Below, piece after piece: positions 11,704 to 24,258 of a stretch of DNA of 64,000 nt. A program made the position numbers and the translations under genes. Location of the stretch: assembly GCF_963921235.1 (NCBI RefSeq), contig NC_086108.1, forward strand, positions 16,244,001 to 16,308,000. Direction: 5' to 3'. The DNA is from Mobula hypostoma (lineage: Eukaryota). The notes beneath the pieces are model-generated. The model was not told the DNA's origin. It saw only the letters and a program-made list of their open reading frames with translations, and did not search any database. Position 1 is the stretch's first letter; each line of letters opens with the position of its first letter.

Positions 11704-13727
11704 TTTGGAGAAAGAAGGCTGCGGGTGAACGGCTAAGGATTTCCGGAGCAAAGGCAGTTTTACTACTCGGGGTAAAAGAGAGGCAACACGGCACAGGTGC
11801 GTAACATCAGCCAGTAGAGCGGGAAAAATTTAAAAAGAAGACCGCCATATCCAGCGGGCAGCAGAGTGAGAGGTGGCAGTGTGATAGGGTTTTGGCTCAA
11901 CAGGCTTAGGCGGTAACAGGACGAGGCGAGGTAGGTTTACCTGTGTTAATTGCAGAAAAGAAGTAGTATGTGTGAGAGGCCGGTTTTCTGTGCTCGGTGT
12001 CAGATGTGCAAGGGCCTGGAGTCTCCCAGCCTCCCGGACAGCCATATCTGCACCCGGTGTGTCAAGCTGCAGCTCCTAAGGGACCGAGTTCGGAACTGGA
12101 GATGCAGCTCAATGACCTTTGTCTGGTCAGGGAGAGCGAGGAGGTGATAGGAAGGAGTTATAGTCAGGTGGTCACACCGGGGGCCATGGAAGACAGACAA
12201 GTGGGTCACAGTCAGGAGGAGGAAGGGGAAGAGTCAGGTACTAGAAAGTACCCCTGTGGCTGTACCCCTTGACAATAAGTACTCCTGTTTGAGTACTGTT
12301 GGGGGGGCGGGGGGGGGAACAGCCTACCTGGGGAAAGTAACAGTCGTCGTGCTTCTGGCACAGAGTCCGGCCCTGTGGCTCAGACAGGTAGGGAAAGGAA
12401 GAGGAAGGCAGTAGTGATAGGAGATTCTATAGTTAGGGGGCCAGACAGGCGATTCTGTGGACGCAAGAAAGAAACTCGGATGGTAGTTTGCCTCCCAGGT
12501 GCCAAGGTCCAGGATGTTTCAGATCACATCCAAGATATCCTGTAGTGGAAGGGAGCTGTGGTACATATTGTTACCAATGACATAGGTAGGAAAAGGGAAG
12601 AGGTCCTGAAAAAAGACTACAGGGAGTTAGGAAGGAAGTTGAGAAGCAGGACCGCAAAGGTAGTAATCTCGGGATTACTGCCTGTGCCACGCGACAGTGA
12701 GAAAAGGAAGAGAATGAGGTGCAGGATAAATGCGTGGCTGAGGGATTGGAGCAGGGGGCAGGGATTCAGATTTCTGGATTATTGGGACCTCTTTTTGGGC
12801 AGGTGTGACCTGTACAAAAAGGACGGATTGCACTTGAATCCCAGGAGGACCAATATCCTGGCGGGGAGGTTTGCTAAGGCTACTGGGGAGAGTTTAAACT
12901 AGAATTGTTGGGGAGTGGGAACTGAACTGAAGAGACTGGGGAAGAAGCGGTTGGGCTCACAAATAGAGAAAGCTTGTAGACGGTGCGAGAAGGAGGATAT
13001 GTAGGTGATAGAGAAGGGACGCGCTTAGACGGACAGTTTGAGATGTGCCTATTTTAATGCAAGGAGTGTTGTGAACAAAGCGGATGAGCTTAGGGCGTGG
13101 ATCAGGACTTGGAGATATGATGTAGTGGCCATTACAGAGACTTGGATGGCTCAGGGACAGGCATGGTTACTTCAAGTGCCGGGTTTTAGATGTTTCAGAA
13201 AGGACAGGGAGGGGGCGTGGCACTGTTGATCAGAGATAGTGTCACGGCTGCAGAAAAGGTGGACGCCATGGAGGGATTGTCTGCGGAGTCTCTGTGGGTG
13301 AAGGTTAGGAACAGGAAGGGGTCAATAACTTTACTGGGTGTTTTTTTAGAGGCCACCCAATAGCAACAGGGATATCAAGGAGCAGATAGGGAAACAGATT
13401 CTGGAAAGGTGTAACAATAACAGAGTTGTCGTGATGGGAGATTTTAATTTCCCAAATATCGATTGGCATCTCCCTAGAGCAAGGGGTTTAGATGGGGTGG
13501 AGTTTGTCAGGTGTGTTCAGGAAGGTTTCTTGACACAATATGTAGATACGCCCACAAGAAGAGGAGAGGCTGTACTTGATTTGGTATTGGGAAATGAACC
13601 TGGTCAGGTGTCAGATCTCTCAGTGAGAGAGCATTTTGGAGATAGTGATCATAATTCTATCTCCTTTACAATAGCATTGGAGAGAGATAGGAACAGACAA
13701 GTTAGAAAAGCGTTTAATTGGAGTAAT

Positions 13728-13939
13728 GCAAACAACAGGAATTCTGCAGATGCTGGAAATTCAATCAACACACATCAAAGTTGCTGATGAATGCAGCAGG
13801 CCAGGCAGCATCTCTAGGAAGAGGTACAGTCGACGTTTCAGGCCGAGACCCTTCGTCAGGACTCTTCTGTAACGTCGACTTTACCTCTTCCTAGAGATGC
13901 TGCCTGGCCTACTGTGTTCACCAGCAACTTTGATGTGTG
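13728..13939. mobile_element. Fold-back PLE-terminus insertion inside CR1 ORF2
   Basis: Minus-strand arm 13730-13863, plus-strand arm 13871-13939; flanked by ttaatt(g/a)gagtaat duplication. Confidence 0.85.
13828..13863 (-). ncRNA. Minimal type I hammerhead ribozyme motif (PLE-associated)
   Basis: Minus strand reads AGTC-CTGACGA-AGGGTCTCGGCCT-GAAA-CGTC-GACT. Confidence 0.7.
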
Positions 13940-16223
13940 TTAATTAGAGTAATTGCTATCAGGCAGGAAATTGGAAGCTTAAATTGAGAACAGATGTTCT
14001 CAGGGAAAAGTACGGAAGAAATGTGGCAAATGTTCACGAGATATTTGTGTGGAGTTCTGCACAGGTACGTTCCAATGAGACAGGGAAGTTATGGTAGGGT
14101 ACAAGAACAGTGGTGTACAAAGGCTGTGATAAATCTAGTTAAGAAGAAAAGAACAGCTTACAAAAGGTTCAGAGAGCTAGGTAATGTTAGAGATCAGAAG
14201 ATTATAAGACTAACAGGAAGGAGCTTACGAAGGAAATTAAGAGAGACAGAAGGGGCCATGAAAAGGCCTTGGTGGGTAGGATTAAGGAAAACCCCAAGGC
14301 ATTCTACAAGTATGTGAAGAGCAAGAGGATAAGACGTGAGAGAATAGGACCTATCAAGTGTGACAGTGGGAAAGTGTGTATGGAACCAGAGGAAATAGCA
14401 GAGGTACTTAATGAATACTTTACTTCAGTATTCACTATGGAAAAAGATCTTGGTGATTGTTGTGATGACCTGCAGCAGACTGAAAAGCTTGAGCATGTAG
14501 ATATTAAGAAAGAGGATGTGCCGGAGCTTTTGGAAAGCATCAAGTTGGATAAGTCGCCGGGACCAGATGAGATGTACCCCAGGCTACTGTGGGAGGCAAG
14601 GAAGGAGATTGCTGAGCCTCTGGCGATGATCTTTGCATCATCAATGGGGACGGGAGAGATTCCAGAGGATTGGAGGGTTGCAGATGTTGTTCCTTTAACC
14701 AAGAAAGGGAGCAGAGATAGCCCAGGAAATTATAGACCAGTGAGTCTTACTTCAGTGGTTGGTAAGTTGATGGAGAAGATCCTGAGAGGCAGGATTTATG
14801 AACATTCGGAGAGGCATAATATGATTACGAATAACCAGCATGGCTTTGTCAAGGGCAGGTTGTGCCTTATGAGCCTGATTGAATTTTTTGAGGATGTGAC
14901 TAAACACATTGATGAAGGAAGAGCAGTAGATGTAGGGTATATGGATTTCAGTAAGGCATTTTCTCCAGCAAGCCCCATGCAAGGCTTATTGAGAATGTAA
15001 GGAGGCATAGGATCCAAGGGAACAATGCTTTGTGGATCCAGAACTGGCTTGCCCACAGAAGGCAAAGAGTGGTTGTAGACGGGTCATTTTCTGCACGTAA
15101 GTGTCTCAGGGATCTATTCTGGGACCCTTACTCTTTGTGACTTGTATAAATGACCTGGATGAGGAAGTGGAGGGATGGGTTAGTAAGTTTGCTGATGACA
15201 CAAAGGTTGGAGGTTTTGTGGATAGTGTGGAGGGCTGTCAGAGGTTACAGCGGGACATTGATAGGATGCAAAACTGGGCTGAAAAGTGACAGATGGAGTT
15301 CGACCCAGATAAGTGTGAAGTGGTTCATTTTGGTAGGTCAAATATGATGGCAGAATGTAGTATTAATGGTAAGACTCTCGGCAGTGTGGAGGATCAGAGG
15401 GATCTTGGGGTCTGAGTCCATAGGACGTTCAAAGCAGCTGAGCAGGTTGACTCTGTGGTTAAGAAGGCGTACTGTGTATTGGAATTTAGGAGCCGAGAGG
15501 TAATGTTGCAGCTATATAGGACCCTGGTCAGACCCCACTTGGAGTACTGTGCTCTGTTTTGGTCACCTCACTACAGGAAGGATGTGGAAGCCACAGAAAG
15601 AGTGCAGAGGAGATTTACAAGGATGTTGCCTGGATTGGGGAGCATGCCTTATGAAAACAGGTTGAGTGAACCCGGCCTTTTCTCCTTGGAGCAACGGAGG
15701 ATGAGAGGTGACCTGATAGAGGTATATAAGATGACGAAAGGCATTGATCGTGTGGATAGTCAGAGGCTTTTTCCCAGGGCTGAAATGGTTGCCAGAAGAG
15801 GACACAGGTTTAAGGTGCTGGGGAGTAGGTACAGAGGAGATGTCAGGGGTAAGTTTTTTTATGCAGAGAGTGGTGAGTGTATGGAATGGGCTGCCAGCAA
15901 CGGTGGTGGAGGCGGATACGATAGGGTCTTTTAAGAGACTTTTGGACAGGTACATGGAGCTCAGAAAAATAGAGGGCTATGGGTAAGCCTAGGAATTTCT
16001 GAGGTAGAGACATGTTCGGCACAACATTGTGGGCTGAAGGGCCTGTATTGTGCTGTAGGTTTTCTATGTTTCTATGTAACAGTCAAGTGCAACCTAATTT
16101 TTAAAAAAGTACTTTCAATAGAGTATGTAGGCATTCTATTATGTTTAACTGATAAAACAGTAATACTACTAATATTCTGAGAAGTATTTTTTCATCTAAG
16201 GCTGTATTGCCCAGTGAGATTAC

Positions 16224-16357
16224 CTTTGTAGAGAAAGTGGTTTAATCTTGGGCTTCTCAGCAGCGATAGAGGAAGGGGTTTTGATTTGTGGTTTGGTTGA
16301 ACTGGACACTTCTTTGCTTAGTTCTGCTTCAGTCTTCTTAATAAATTCATCATAGGA
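16224..16357 (-). CDS. CEP350: CEP350 internal exon
   Basis: attaccAG/GTAAT; SYDEFIKKTEAELSKEVSSSTKPQIKTPSSIAAEKPKIKPLSLQ(R). Confidence 0.94.
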
Positions 16358-16389
16358 CTGGTAATACAAGAGAAAGAAAAAGGTTAAAT

Positions 16390-16880
16390 GTTCAAAGGTT
16401 CATTTTATTGTCAAAGTATGCATGTACAACTCTGATATTTGTCTTCTCCAGATAACCCTGAAATACAGGAAGACAATGGGAGTTGATGAAAGAAATTCAC
16501 CAACTCTCCCACCCCCACCAGCACGAAATACAAAAGAAACAATAACAATCCCCAACTCCCTGACTCGCAGAAAAAAATAGCAACAATAACAATCCGCAAT
16601 CCCCTCGTTCGCAGAGAAAAACAGCGACAATAACATCCCCGACCTCCTCACTTGCAGAAAAAAGCAGGGACAATAGCATTAAATCCACATTGCTCCCTCA
16701 CAGGAAAAAAAATGACAATAATAATCCCCGACCCCCTCACCTGCAAAAAAAGCACAGTGACAGTAGCATCAAAACCCCCAACCCCCACCTTACACACAAA
16801 AAATTTACAGATCACCCACCCACCAACCAGCCACAATTAACACCAAAAAAAAACTGAAGGAAGCCAATATAAAGTACAGT
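16390..16880 (-). mobile_element. Retroposon 3'-end family member with internal ~44-bp minisatellite (16541-16780)
   Basis: Ends ...ctcagagttgta-like motif and aataaaatgaacctttgaac; similar ends near 18900, 38510 and 53935; five aataacaatcccc...cgcagaaaaa units. Confidence 0.6.
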
Positions 16881-17480
16881 CCAAAAAATCACATACGGCT
16901 GCAAACTCAACAAATCAGCAAAAGTATTTTCAAATTAATAAATCCAATTTTAGTTGGTAAATTAATCAAGTCTGACAACTGAAAATATTCTGAGGATGGC
17001 AGATAAATCTGGCTAACTGCTGTAAAAATAAATTTTTTGTTGAGGATCCCTCTACCCTTACACCATAAAAACTCTCAGACTAAATTGTAAAGACTACAAC
17101 AATCCAGATTCCTCCAAACTTTAATAAAGCATTGCCTCATGCTTTAATAGCAGCGATTGGGGAGAGACAACCTAATGCACTATTGAATGCTACATACTTT
17201 TCAAAAGTCAGAAGCAATATAGCAATGCAAAGGGCCTTAAGAATAAGTTGAGGGTGATATAAAGGATTTTCCAGCAATGGAACAGAAACAAAAAGAATAA
17301 AGCTAGATTAAGTCCTTTGAATAACCATATACTTAATTTCCTCAACGATTTTCCAAACTAAACAATGAATATTGTGGATAGCAAATTGATTTTGGAGCGG
17401 TATACACATACAACTTTCTTATTGCCCTAATCAAAGACTGGCAGGACAGTCAAGATAAGAAGGTACAACGATAATTTTAC

Positions 17481-17641
17481 CTCTAGTTGTTTAATGAGAC
17501 TAGCCTCCTGTGCTTTCAATCTCTCCTTCTGTCGCTTCTTCTGCTCTTTCTTCAGTCTGTCTACAATAGATTTACGTTTCCTCAGCTCATCTTTCAGTGC
17601 ATGAATCCTGCCCTCGATATCACTCTGGTCAGATGCTGTCT
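17481..17641 (-). CDS. CEP350: CEP350 internal exon
   Basis: ccctaacAG/GTAAA; (E)TASDQSDIEGRIHALKDELRKRKSIVDRLKKEQKKRQKERLKAQEASLIKQLE. Confidence 0.95.
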
Positions 17642-18449
17642 CTGTTAGGGATGCAATCAAATCAAAGTTATAATAGGTAGTAGCTTCCAATTCAACCAAT
17701 CATTTATTATTCAAAATATATACCTCAGCAGGGAGAAATCAACTAACAGTTTTACTTAGTTTCTATTCATTTATTGCTACTTGAAGCTTAAATTTCCAAT
17801 TAAAATCCATCTGATTCAATGAAGTAATAGCTGCCAGAATTAAATGGAAACTCTCACATACCATTTTGTTTTGTTTATCACACATGTACTGAGATCCCCA
17901 GTCTTAGAACACCTATGACTGATCAGCTTCACCATTCTGTACATGGCTAACACATCCCTGGAAAATGCATTAGCTTGATGCACAATCCTGGTCAACACAC
18001 AGAAAGATCATAGTCACAGGTGTCAATGCACCGGCTAATCAGACAATTCTGCTGCTTGCACTGGGATTTCAGCCTTACAATCCCACAAAATGCATAGGTT
18101 GATCAAGCCTACACTCTCATGAACAAATTCTGTTCAGACCCATTGGTGCCAGCGAACAAAGTCACCAATGGCGAAGTCCCACAAACAGTTCACGAAACTA
18201 CTTTTTCTTCTTTCAAAATGATTCTGCTACTGAGCTGCTTGTGACTGGAACTTGTAGGCTGCATTTTGACAGCGTGCTTTTGGGCCGATTAAGCAACCTG
18301 ATGTTTTGCCGTCTCCAAGGGAGCTTTGGTGAGACTTGGAGCAGAGTGTGCATCCCAGAGGCCAGGAAGCCTGGAGGCACAAGTCCACGATCGACTCCAA
18401 TGCTTCTCTCCATTTGAGGCGTTAAGCAAGGTTGAAGTCAGTGAGGACA

Positions 18450-18955
18450 AGAACAGAAGATGAGCAAGTGTTCAGCGCCATCTGCCTGTGTTTGACTGGT
18501 CTTCCTCTCCCTCTTGCTAGTCGGGAGGAAAGTGTAAGATCCATGTTGAAAGGATACATCAGTGAGGCTGTGGACTCTTTTTGGGGTCTTTGAAGTTCAT
18601 ATTGCATGGGTTCCTGGATTCTGGTTACTCTTACTTTTGCTACTTTTGAGCAGTTTGATCGGGACAATCAATACGGACAAGGGGAATTTTGGTGAAGAAT
18701 GGCCCTGCGGCCGGCAGTGGACTACCGGTGCAGTACTGAAATTAACTAAACTGAATACTACTGGACTCCTGGTTTGATGTTTCATATTTTAATGCCGTTT
18801 GCTTGCCTTTTGTGCAATTTGTTTTTGTGAATTGGATGTTGATGATTTCTTGAACAGTTCCATGGCATTTCTTTGCTTCATGGCTGCCTGCAGGAGGATG
18901 AATCTCAGAGTTGTATTCTGTACACATCATTTGTTAGGAAATGTATTTTGATTTT
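18450..18955 (+). mobile_element. Non-coding retroposon fragment
   Basis: Shared 3' motif gaatctcagagttgtattctgtaca. Confidence 0.45.
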
Positions 18956-20800
18956 GACACTGTCTTCCTGGTACACTCAGGCTTCTCAAGTGCACCATTC
19001 TCCCGTAAATATAATCAAACGCTGTCACTGTACAGTGCAATCAGATCCATAAACTCACTAAATGCACTCTTAAAGCTCAGAATAATACTGAACACACAAC
19101 TGAGCAAAGCCATATTTTTTGCATGTACAGACCCCCTTTATTTAGTAGTAGCATAATGGTTAAATTACTAGACTAATGATACAGTCAGCAAAGTTCAAAC
19201 TGACTACAAAGCTGTGTGAATATCTTCAAAAACAATGATAACCACAAAACAAGCTCACTAGATAGGGAAACAACCTATGTGGTTAACTAATGCCATTCAA
19301 GAGAGGAACTTTTGTCTCCTTATCTAGCTTAAAGACTCCTCGCAGACTCTTAAATGCCTTCTTAATTGGCCCTGTAAGCCAATAGATCAAGGGCAAACAG
19401 GGAAGGAAAGAAATACTGATATCCCCCAAAATATCAATTATGCACATAGAGCCCCAACCTCGTCGGACACCGGCCGGCCAGTCATGGCCTTGTTGGAGAC
19501 ATGGCTTACACTCTCAACAGCAAATGCGGTTGTGGACTCATTGAGATCATAAGCAGGGAAACATCAGGAAACAATTTAAATATAAAATTGGATTTTAAAA
19601 AAATCAAAGCTAATGGTGAGCATTGCATCAATAGGCAGAGAAACACTTGCTGTACAATAGAGTACATGCAGCATTTCACTAACCAAAGTTAGAAAGCACT
19701 GACCATTGCTTTTAAACATTTTCCTTTGTGTGGTACAAATCCTGCCAGTGTAGTTTTCATGTTGATTTCCAGAGTTCAATTTGATTAGGGCTATTTAATC
19801 CCACATCCTGTCAAATACAGCCTCATTAAAGGCAGTCACTCAAATCACCTGTAAATACTGCACTAACTCTGACAATGAAAAGTCAAAATGGGCATGGGGG
19901 AGCAAATTACTGGAGTAAATGTCCCTTAAGAGCACTGTTGGTGACACCTCCCATTACTTTTGATAGAACAGTAGTTAGCCAGATCGGATATACTCTGTTT
20001 TTGGTGGATAGAACGTAACTAGGGACATGTAGTTGCCACTGACAGACCTGTACTGGATATGCTTGGCATGCTAGGCATTTAGGTCTGAAGTGCTACTTTA
20101 AGCATGACACATCGGAGGTTGCCCATTTTCATTATTATTGCTTTTCCTGCTACTCGCTCATTCTTTGATTTGGCTGAAAAAATTACCATTATAACAGTGA
20201 GGACTTCGGGAGGAAGCACAGATGCATCATTCACTCAGTTCTTCTAGCTGAATATAGTTTCACAAGGTTTATTCCAGGCTCTGGTTTAATTGAAGGTGGG
20301 GATCTTTACTGGAGAAGTGTCCTCATGTTAGCTAACCTATCACTATTCTTGACTGTGTGTACCAGGGTGGCAGAATTTTGATCAGATCCATTGGTTGGGG
20401 AGCTGCTAAACTCTTAATTGAAAAGATGAGAAAATCTGCAGATGTAGGAAATCCAAAGTAATACCCATAAAATGCTGAAGGAACTCAGCAGGCCAGGCAA
20501 CATCTATGGAAAAGAGTTAACAGTCGTGGAATAGTCCATGTTTCGAACCTAAATGGGCATCAATCCACAACTCTTCCTACGCTACAAAGATGACTGCATT
20601 GGTCCTGCTTCCAGCACCCATGCTGAGTTCATCAATTTCACCAACTTTCTCCAAACTTCCACACTGCCCTCAACTGGCCCATTTCTGACATCTCTCTCCC
20701 CTTTCACGATCTCTCTCCATCCTTGAAGATAGTTTACCTACTGATACTCTTTACAAACCCACTGACTCTCACAGCTCTCTGGACAAGATGTCTTCCCACC

Positions 20801-20905
20801 TGACAAAGTCCTGACGAAGGGTTTCGGCCTGAAACGTCGACTGTACCTCTTCCTAGAGATGCTGCCTGGCCTGCTGCATTCACCAGCAAGTTTGATGTGT
20901 GTTGC
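20801..20905 (+). mobile_element. Younger solo PLE terminus nested in the older PLE
   Basis: Flanked by tgtctt(c/t)ccacc at 20789-20800 and 20906-20917. Confidence 0.85.
20807..20842 (+). ncRNA. Minimal type I hammerhead ribozyme motif
   Basis: AGTC-CTGACGA-AGGGTTTCGGCCT-GAAA-CGTC-GACT. Confidence 0.7.
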
Positions 20906-22444
20906 TGTCTTTCCACCCTATCACTTGCAAAAATGCCATTCCCTTTCCTCAGTTCCTCCATCTCCACTGCATCTGCTCCCAGAATGAAGCTCTTCATTCC
21001 AGAACAACTGAGATGTCCTCCTTCTTCAAAGAAAAGGGCTTCCTTTCCTCCACCATCAATGCAGCCCTCAACCACATTGCACAAATCTGCCCTCAACTCT
21101 TCCACCTGTTGCCACGAGGGATAGGGTTCCTCTTGTCCTCACCTATCACAACACAAGCCTCTGCATCCAGCACATAACTCTCTGAAACTTCTGCTATCTC
21201 CAAAGGGATCCCACCACCAAGCAGATCTTTCATTCCCTCCCACTTTCCACAGGCATCACTCCCTACTTGACTCCCTTGTCCACTCGTCCCTCCCCACTGA
21301 TCTCCCTCCTAGCACTTATCCTTGCAAGCGGAACAAGGGCCACACCTGCCCTACACCTCCTTCCTCACTACCACTTAGGGCCTCAAAAAGCCCTTCCACG
21401 CGAGGCGACACTTCACCCGTGAGTCTGTTGGGATCACCTATTGTATCTGGTGCTGCCTCCTATATATTGGTCAGACCAGATTGGGAGACTTTCCTCAAAC
21501 ACCTTAGCTCCATCTGCCACAAAAAGCAGGATTTTCTGGTGGCCAGCTATTTCAATTCTAATTCCCATTGGTCTACTGTCACTATGAGGCCACACTCAGG
21601 TTGGAGGAGCTACACCTTGTTTTTTTGTCTGGGTAGTCTCCAACCTGATGGAAACATCAATTTCTCAAACTTCCAGTAATTGCCCCCTCCTCCTCTCCTT
21701 CACCATTCTCCATTCTTGTTTCCCTCTCTCACCTCATCTCCTTACCTGCCCATCACCTCCCACGGGGGCTCCTCCTCCTTCCCTTCTTCAATGGTCTTCT
21801 ATCCTCTCCTATCAAATACCCCCTACTCCAACCCTTTACCCCTTTCACCAATCAACTTCTCAGCTCTTTACTTCAACGCCTCCACCTCTCCCAGTATCAC
21901 CTATCACCTACCACCTTGTACTTCTTCCTTCCCTTCCCCCTACTTTCTAATTCTGACTCCTTCCTTCCTTTCCGGTCTTGAAAGTTTTCGGCCTGAAACA
22001 TCGATTGTTTACTCTTTCCCATTAATGCTGTCTGGCCTGCTGAGTTCCTCCAGCATTGTGTGTGATGCATCTGTTTACTGCATGCTGCTTTTGCCATTTA
22101 ACAAGCTGATGGTTTTGTGTAGCAGCTCTATTCAGTTCAGATCCACTCATTGCAACTTGTAAAACTTCTTTCTATACTCGCCACTGAACTGGCATTAGTC
22201 CCTAGCTTGATAGTAATGGTCAAAAGGAGTGATATACCAGGCCTTGAGATTATAGTTTGCAGTTGAATACAATTCTGCTGATGTGGACAATTGCAACCCT
22301 TCATGAGCAACTGGATTTATTGAGACTGTCCCATCAGTACTGTGCTATAATTTTAGCTGTGGTTACATGGAATTCTGTGAGTACCTACAAAGTATTTTCA
22401 ATAAATACTGAAAAGCTCACACATAGCTGTTAGAAACTTCTTAC

Positions 22445-22592
22445 CTGATTGTGTCACAGAAACAGATTCATCAGACCAGCTGCAGGATCCTTGGCGTGAC
22501 TTTACTTCTGACCTCATCTGTAAACTAGCACTTGAGTTATTCTTCTTACCATCTTGGTTTGTTGCACTGACACTCACATTTGAAGAAGCAGA
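22445..22592 (-). CDS. CEP350: CEP350 internal exon
   Basis: ttcccttgccctgtgcAG acceptor, GTAAG donor; SASSNVSV...SWSDESVSVTQS; phases 0 and 1. Confidence 0.87.
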
Positions 22593-24258
22593 CTGCACAG
22601 GGCAAGGGAATGGCAATAGATTAGTTCCCTAGCTGTTAGTATTTACTGATTTGATAAAATAAAGATTAGATGTGCAGGAAAGCTATTTTAAGCCTCTGCA
22701 CACGCCTAATCTTTTGGATGAAATATTTAACTAAAACCCTTGTAAAACCTATTTTCTAGAATTCTTTCAGTCTGGTCAGGTGGATATTAATGATTCCACA
22801 GTAGTACCTACAGGGTGCTAGAAAGTTTGTGAACCCTTTAGAATTTTCTCTATCTCTGCATTAATGACTAAAAATCTGATCAGATCTTCACCCAAGTCCT
22901 AAAACTAGATAAAGAGAACCCAATTACATATATAACATAAAAAACATTATATTTGTTCATTTATTTATTTATTGAGAAAAATGATCCAATATTACATCTA
23001 TTTGTTGCAAAATGTTTGTGAACCTCTAGGATTATCATTTCATTTAAAGGAGAAATTAGAGTTAGAAGTTTCAATCAATGGGATGACAATCAGGTGTGAG
23101 TGTGGGAGGTCCTGCCCTATTAAAGAACATAAACTTGGGACTTCACTATAAAACTCTGATCTTCACCACACAGGTTTTTGGAAGTGTGCCATGCCTTAAT
23201 CAAAGAAGATTTCTGAGGACTTCAGGAAAAAAGTTGTTGAAGCTCACCAGGCTGGAAAAGGATACAAAACCATTTCTAAAGAGTTTGGACTCCACCAATC
23301 CACAGTCAGGCAGATGGTGTACCAAAGGAGATAATTCAACACTGTTGTTACTCTCCCCTGGAGTCACAAAGAACTCCAGGGTAACATCTAATAAGGTACA
23401 GGCTTCTCCTGTATTGGCTAATGTCAGTGTTCATGAGTCTATCATCAGGCAAACACTGAACAACAATGGCATGGCAGGATTGCAAGGAGAAAGCCACTTT
23501 CCAAGAAGAACATTGCCGTCTGTCTGAAGTTTGCTAAAGACCATCTGGATAAGCTGAAGGCTATGGGAATAATGTTCTATGGACAGTTAAGTCCAAATAG
23601 AACTTTTTGGTTTAAATGAGAAGCGTTATTTTTGTTGAAAAGTAAACACTGCATTCCAACATAAGAACCTCATCCCTTCTGTGAAACAGGTGGTGGCAGT
23701 GTCATGGTTTGGGCCTGCTTTGCTGCCTCAAGACCAGGATGGCTTGCCAACATTGATGGAACTATGAATTCTGAATTGTCCCAGCAAATTCTACAGGAAA
23801 ATGTCAGGGTATCCACCCGTGAACTAAAGCTCAAGAGCAAGTGGGTCATGCAACAAGACAACGATCCTAAACACACAAGTCAGCCTACCAAAGAATATTT
23901 ACGACAGAAGAAATTGCACGTTTGGAACTGCCAAGTCAAAGTCCTGCCCTTAATCCTGTAGAAATGTTGTGGAAGGACCTGAAGCAAGCAGTTCATGCAA
24001 GGAAGCCCATCAACATCCAAGAGTTGAAGCAGTTTCGTAAGGAGGAATGGCCTAAAATTCCTCTAAGCTGATGTGCAGGACTGATCAAGTTACCGGAAAT
24101 GTTTGGTTAAAGTTATTGCTCTACAAGAAGGTTACACCAGTTACCGAAAGCAAAGTTTACATACTTTTTCCCACAAATACATGTGATATTGGATCATTTT
24201 TATCAATTAATAAATGAAACAGTATAATTCTGTGTTATTTGTTTAATTGGATTCTCTT

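Larger units (their letters stand above)
11704..16077 (+). mobile_element. Near-full-length CR1 LINE, disrupted
   Basis: ORF1 Zn-finger (CARC...CTRC) and SGNH esterase (VVIGDSIV; DGLHLN); ORF2 APE (GDFNFPNIDW, DSDH) and RT (YRPVSLTS, FADDTK); (TTCTATGT)n tail; several frameshifts and stops. Confidence 0.95.
20431..22065 (+). mobile_element. Older Penelope-like element with inverted 5' terminal repeat
   Basis: Reverse terminus at 20431-20550; LFLRYKDDCIG RT motif near 20571; GIY-YIG remnant 21420-21680; 3' terminus 21970-22065. Confidence 0.85.

Noticed and set aside
16541..16780. CRISPR-like array
   Set aside because: Eukaryotic intron; contiguous diverged units without unique spacers
17900..20420. 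Unassigned intronic segments that might be old TE fragments
   Set aside because: Apart from 18450-18955, no motif could be recognised confidently by eye
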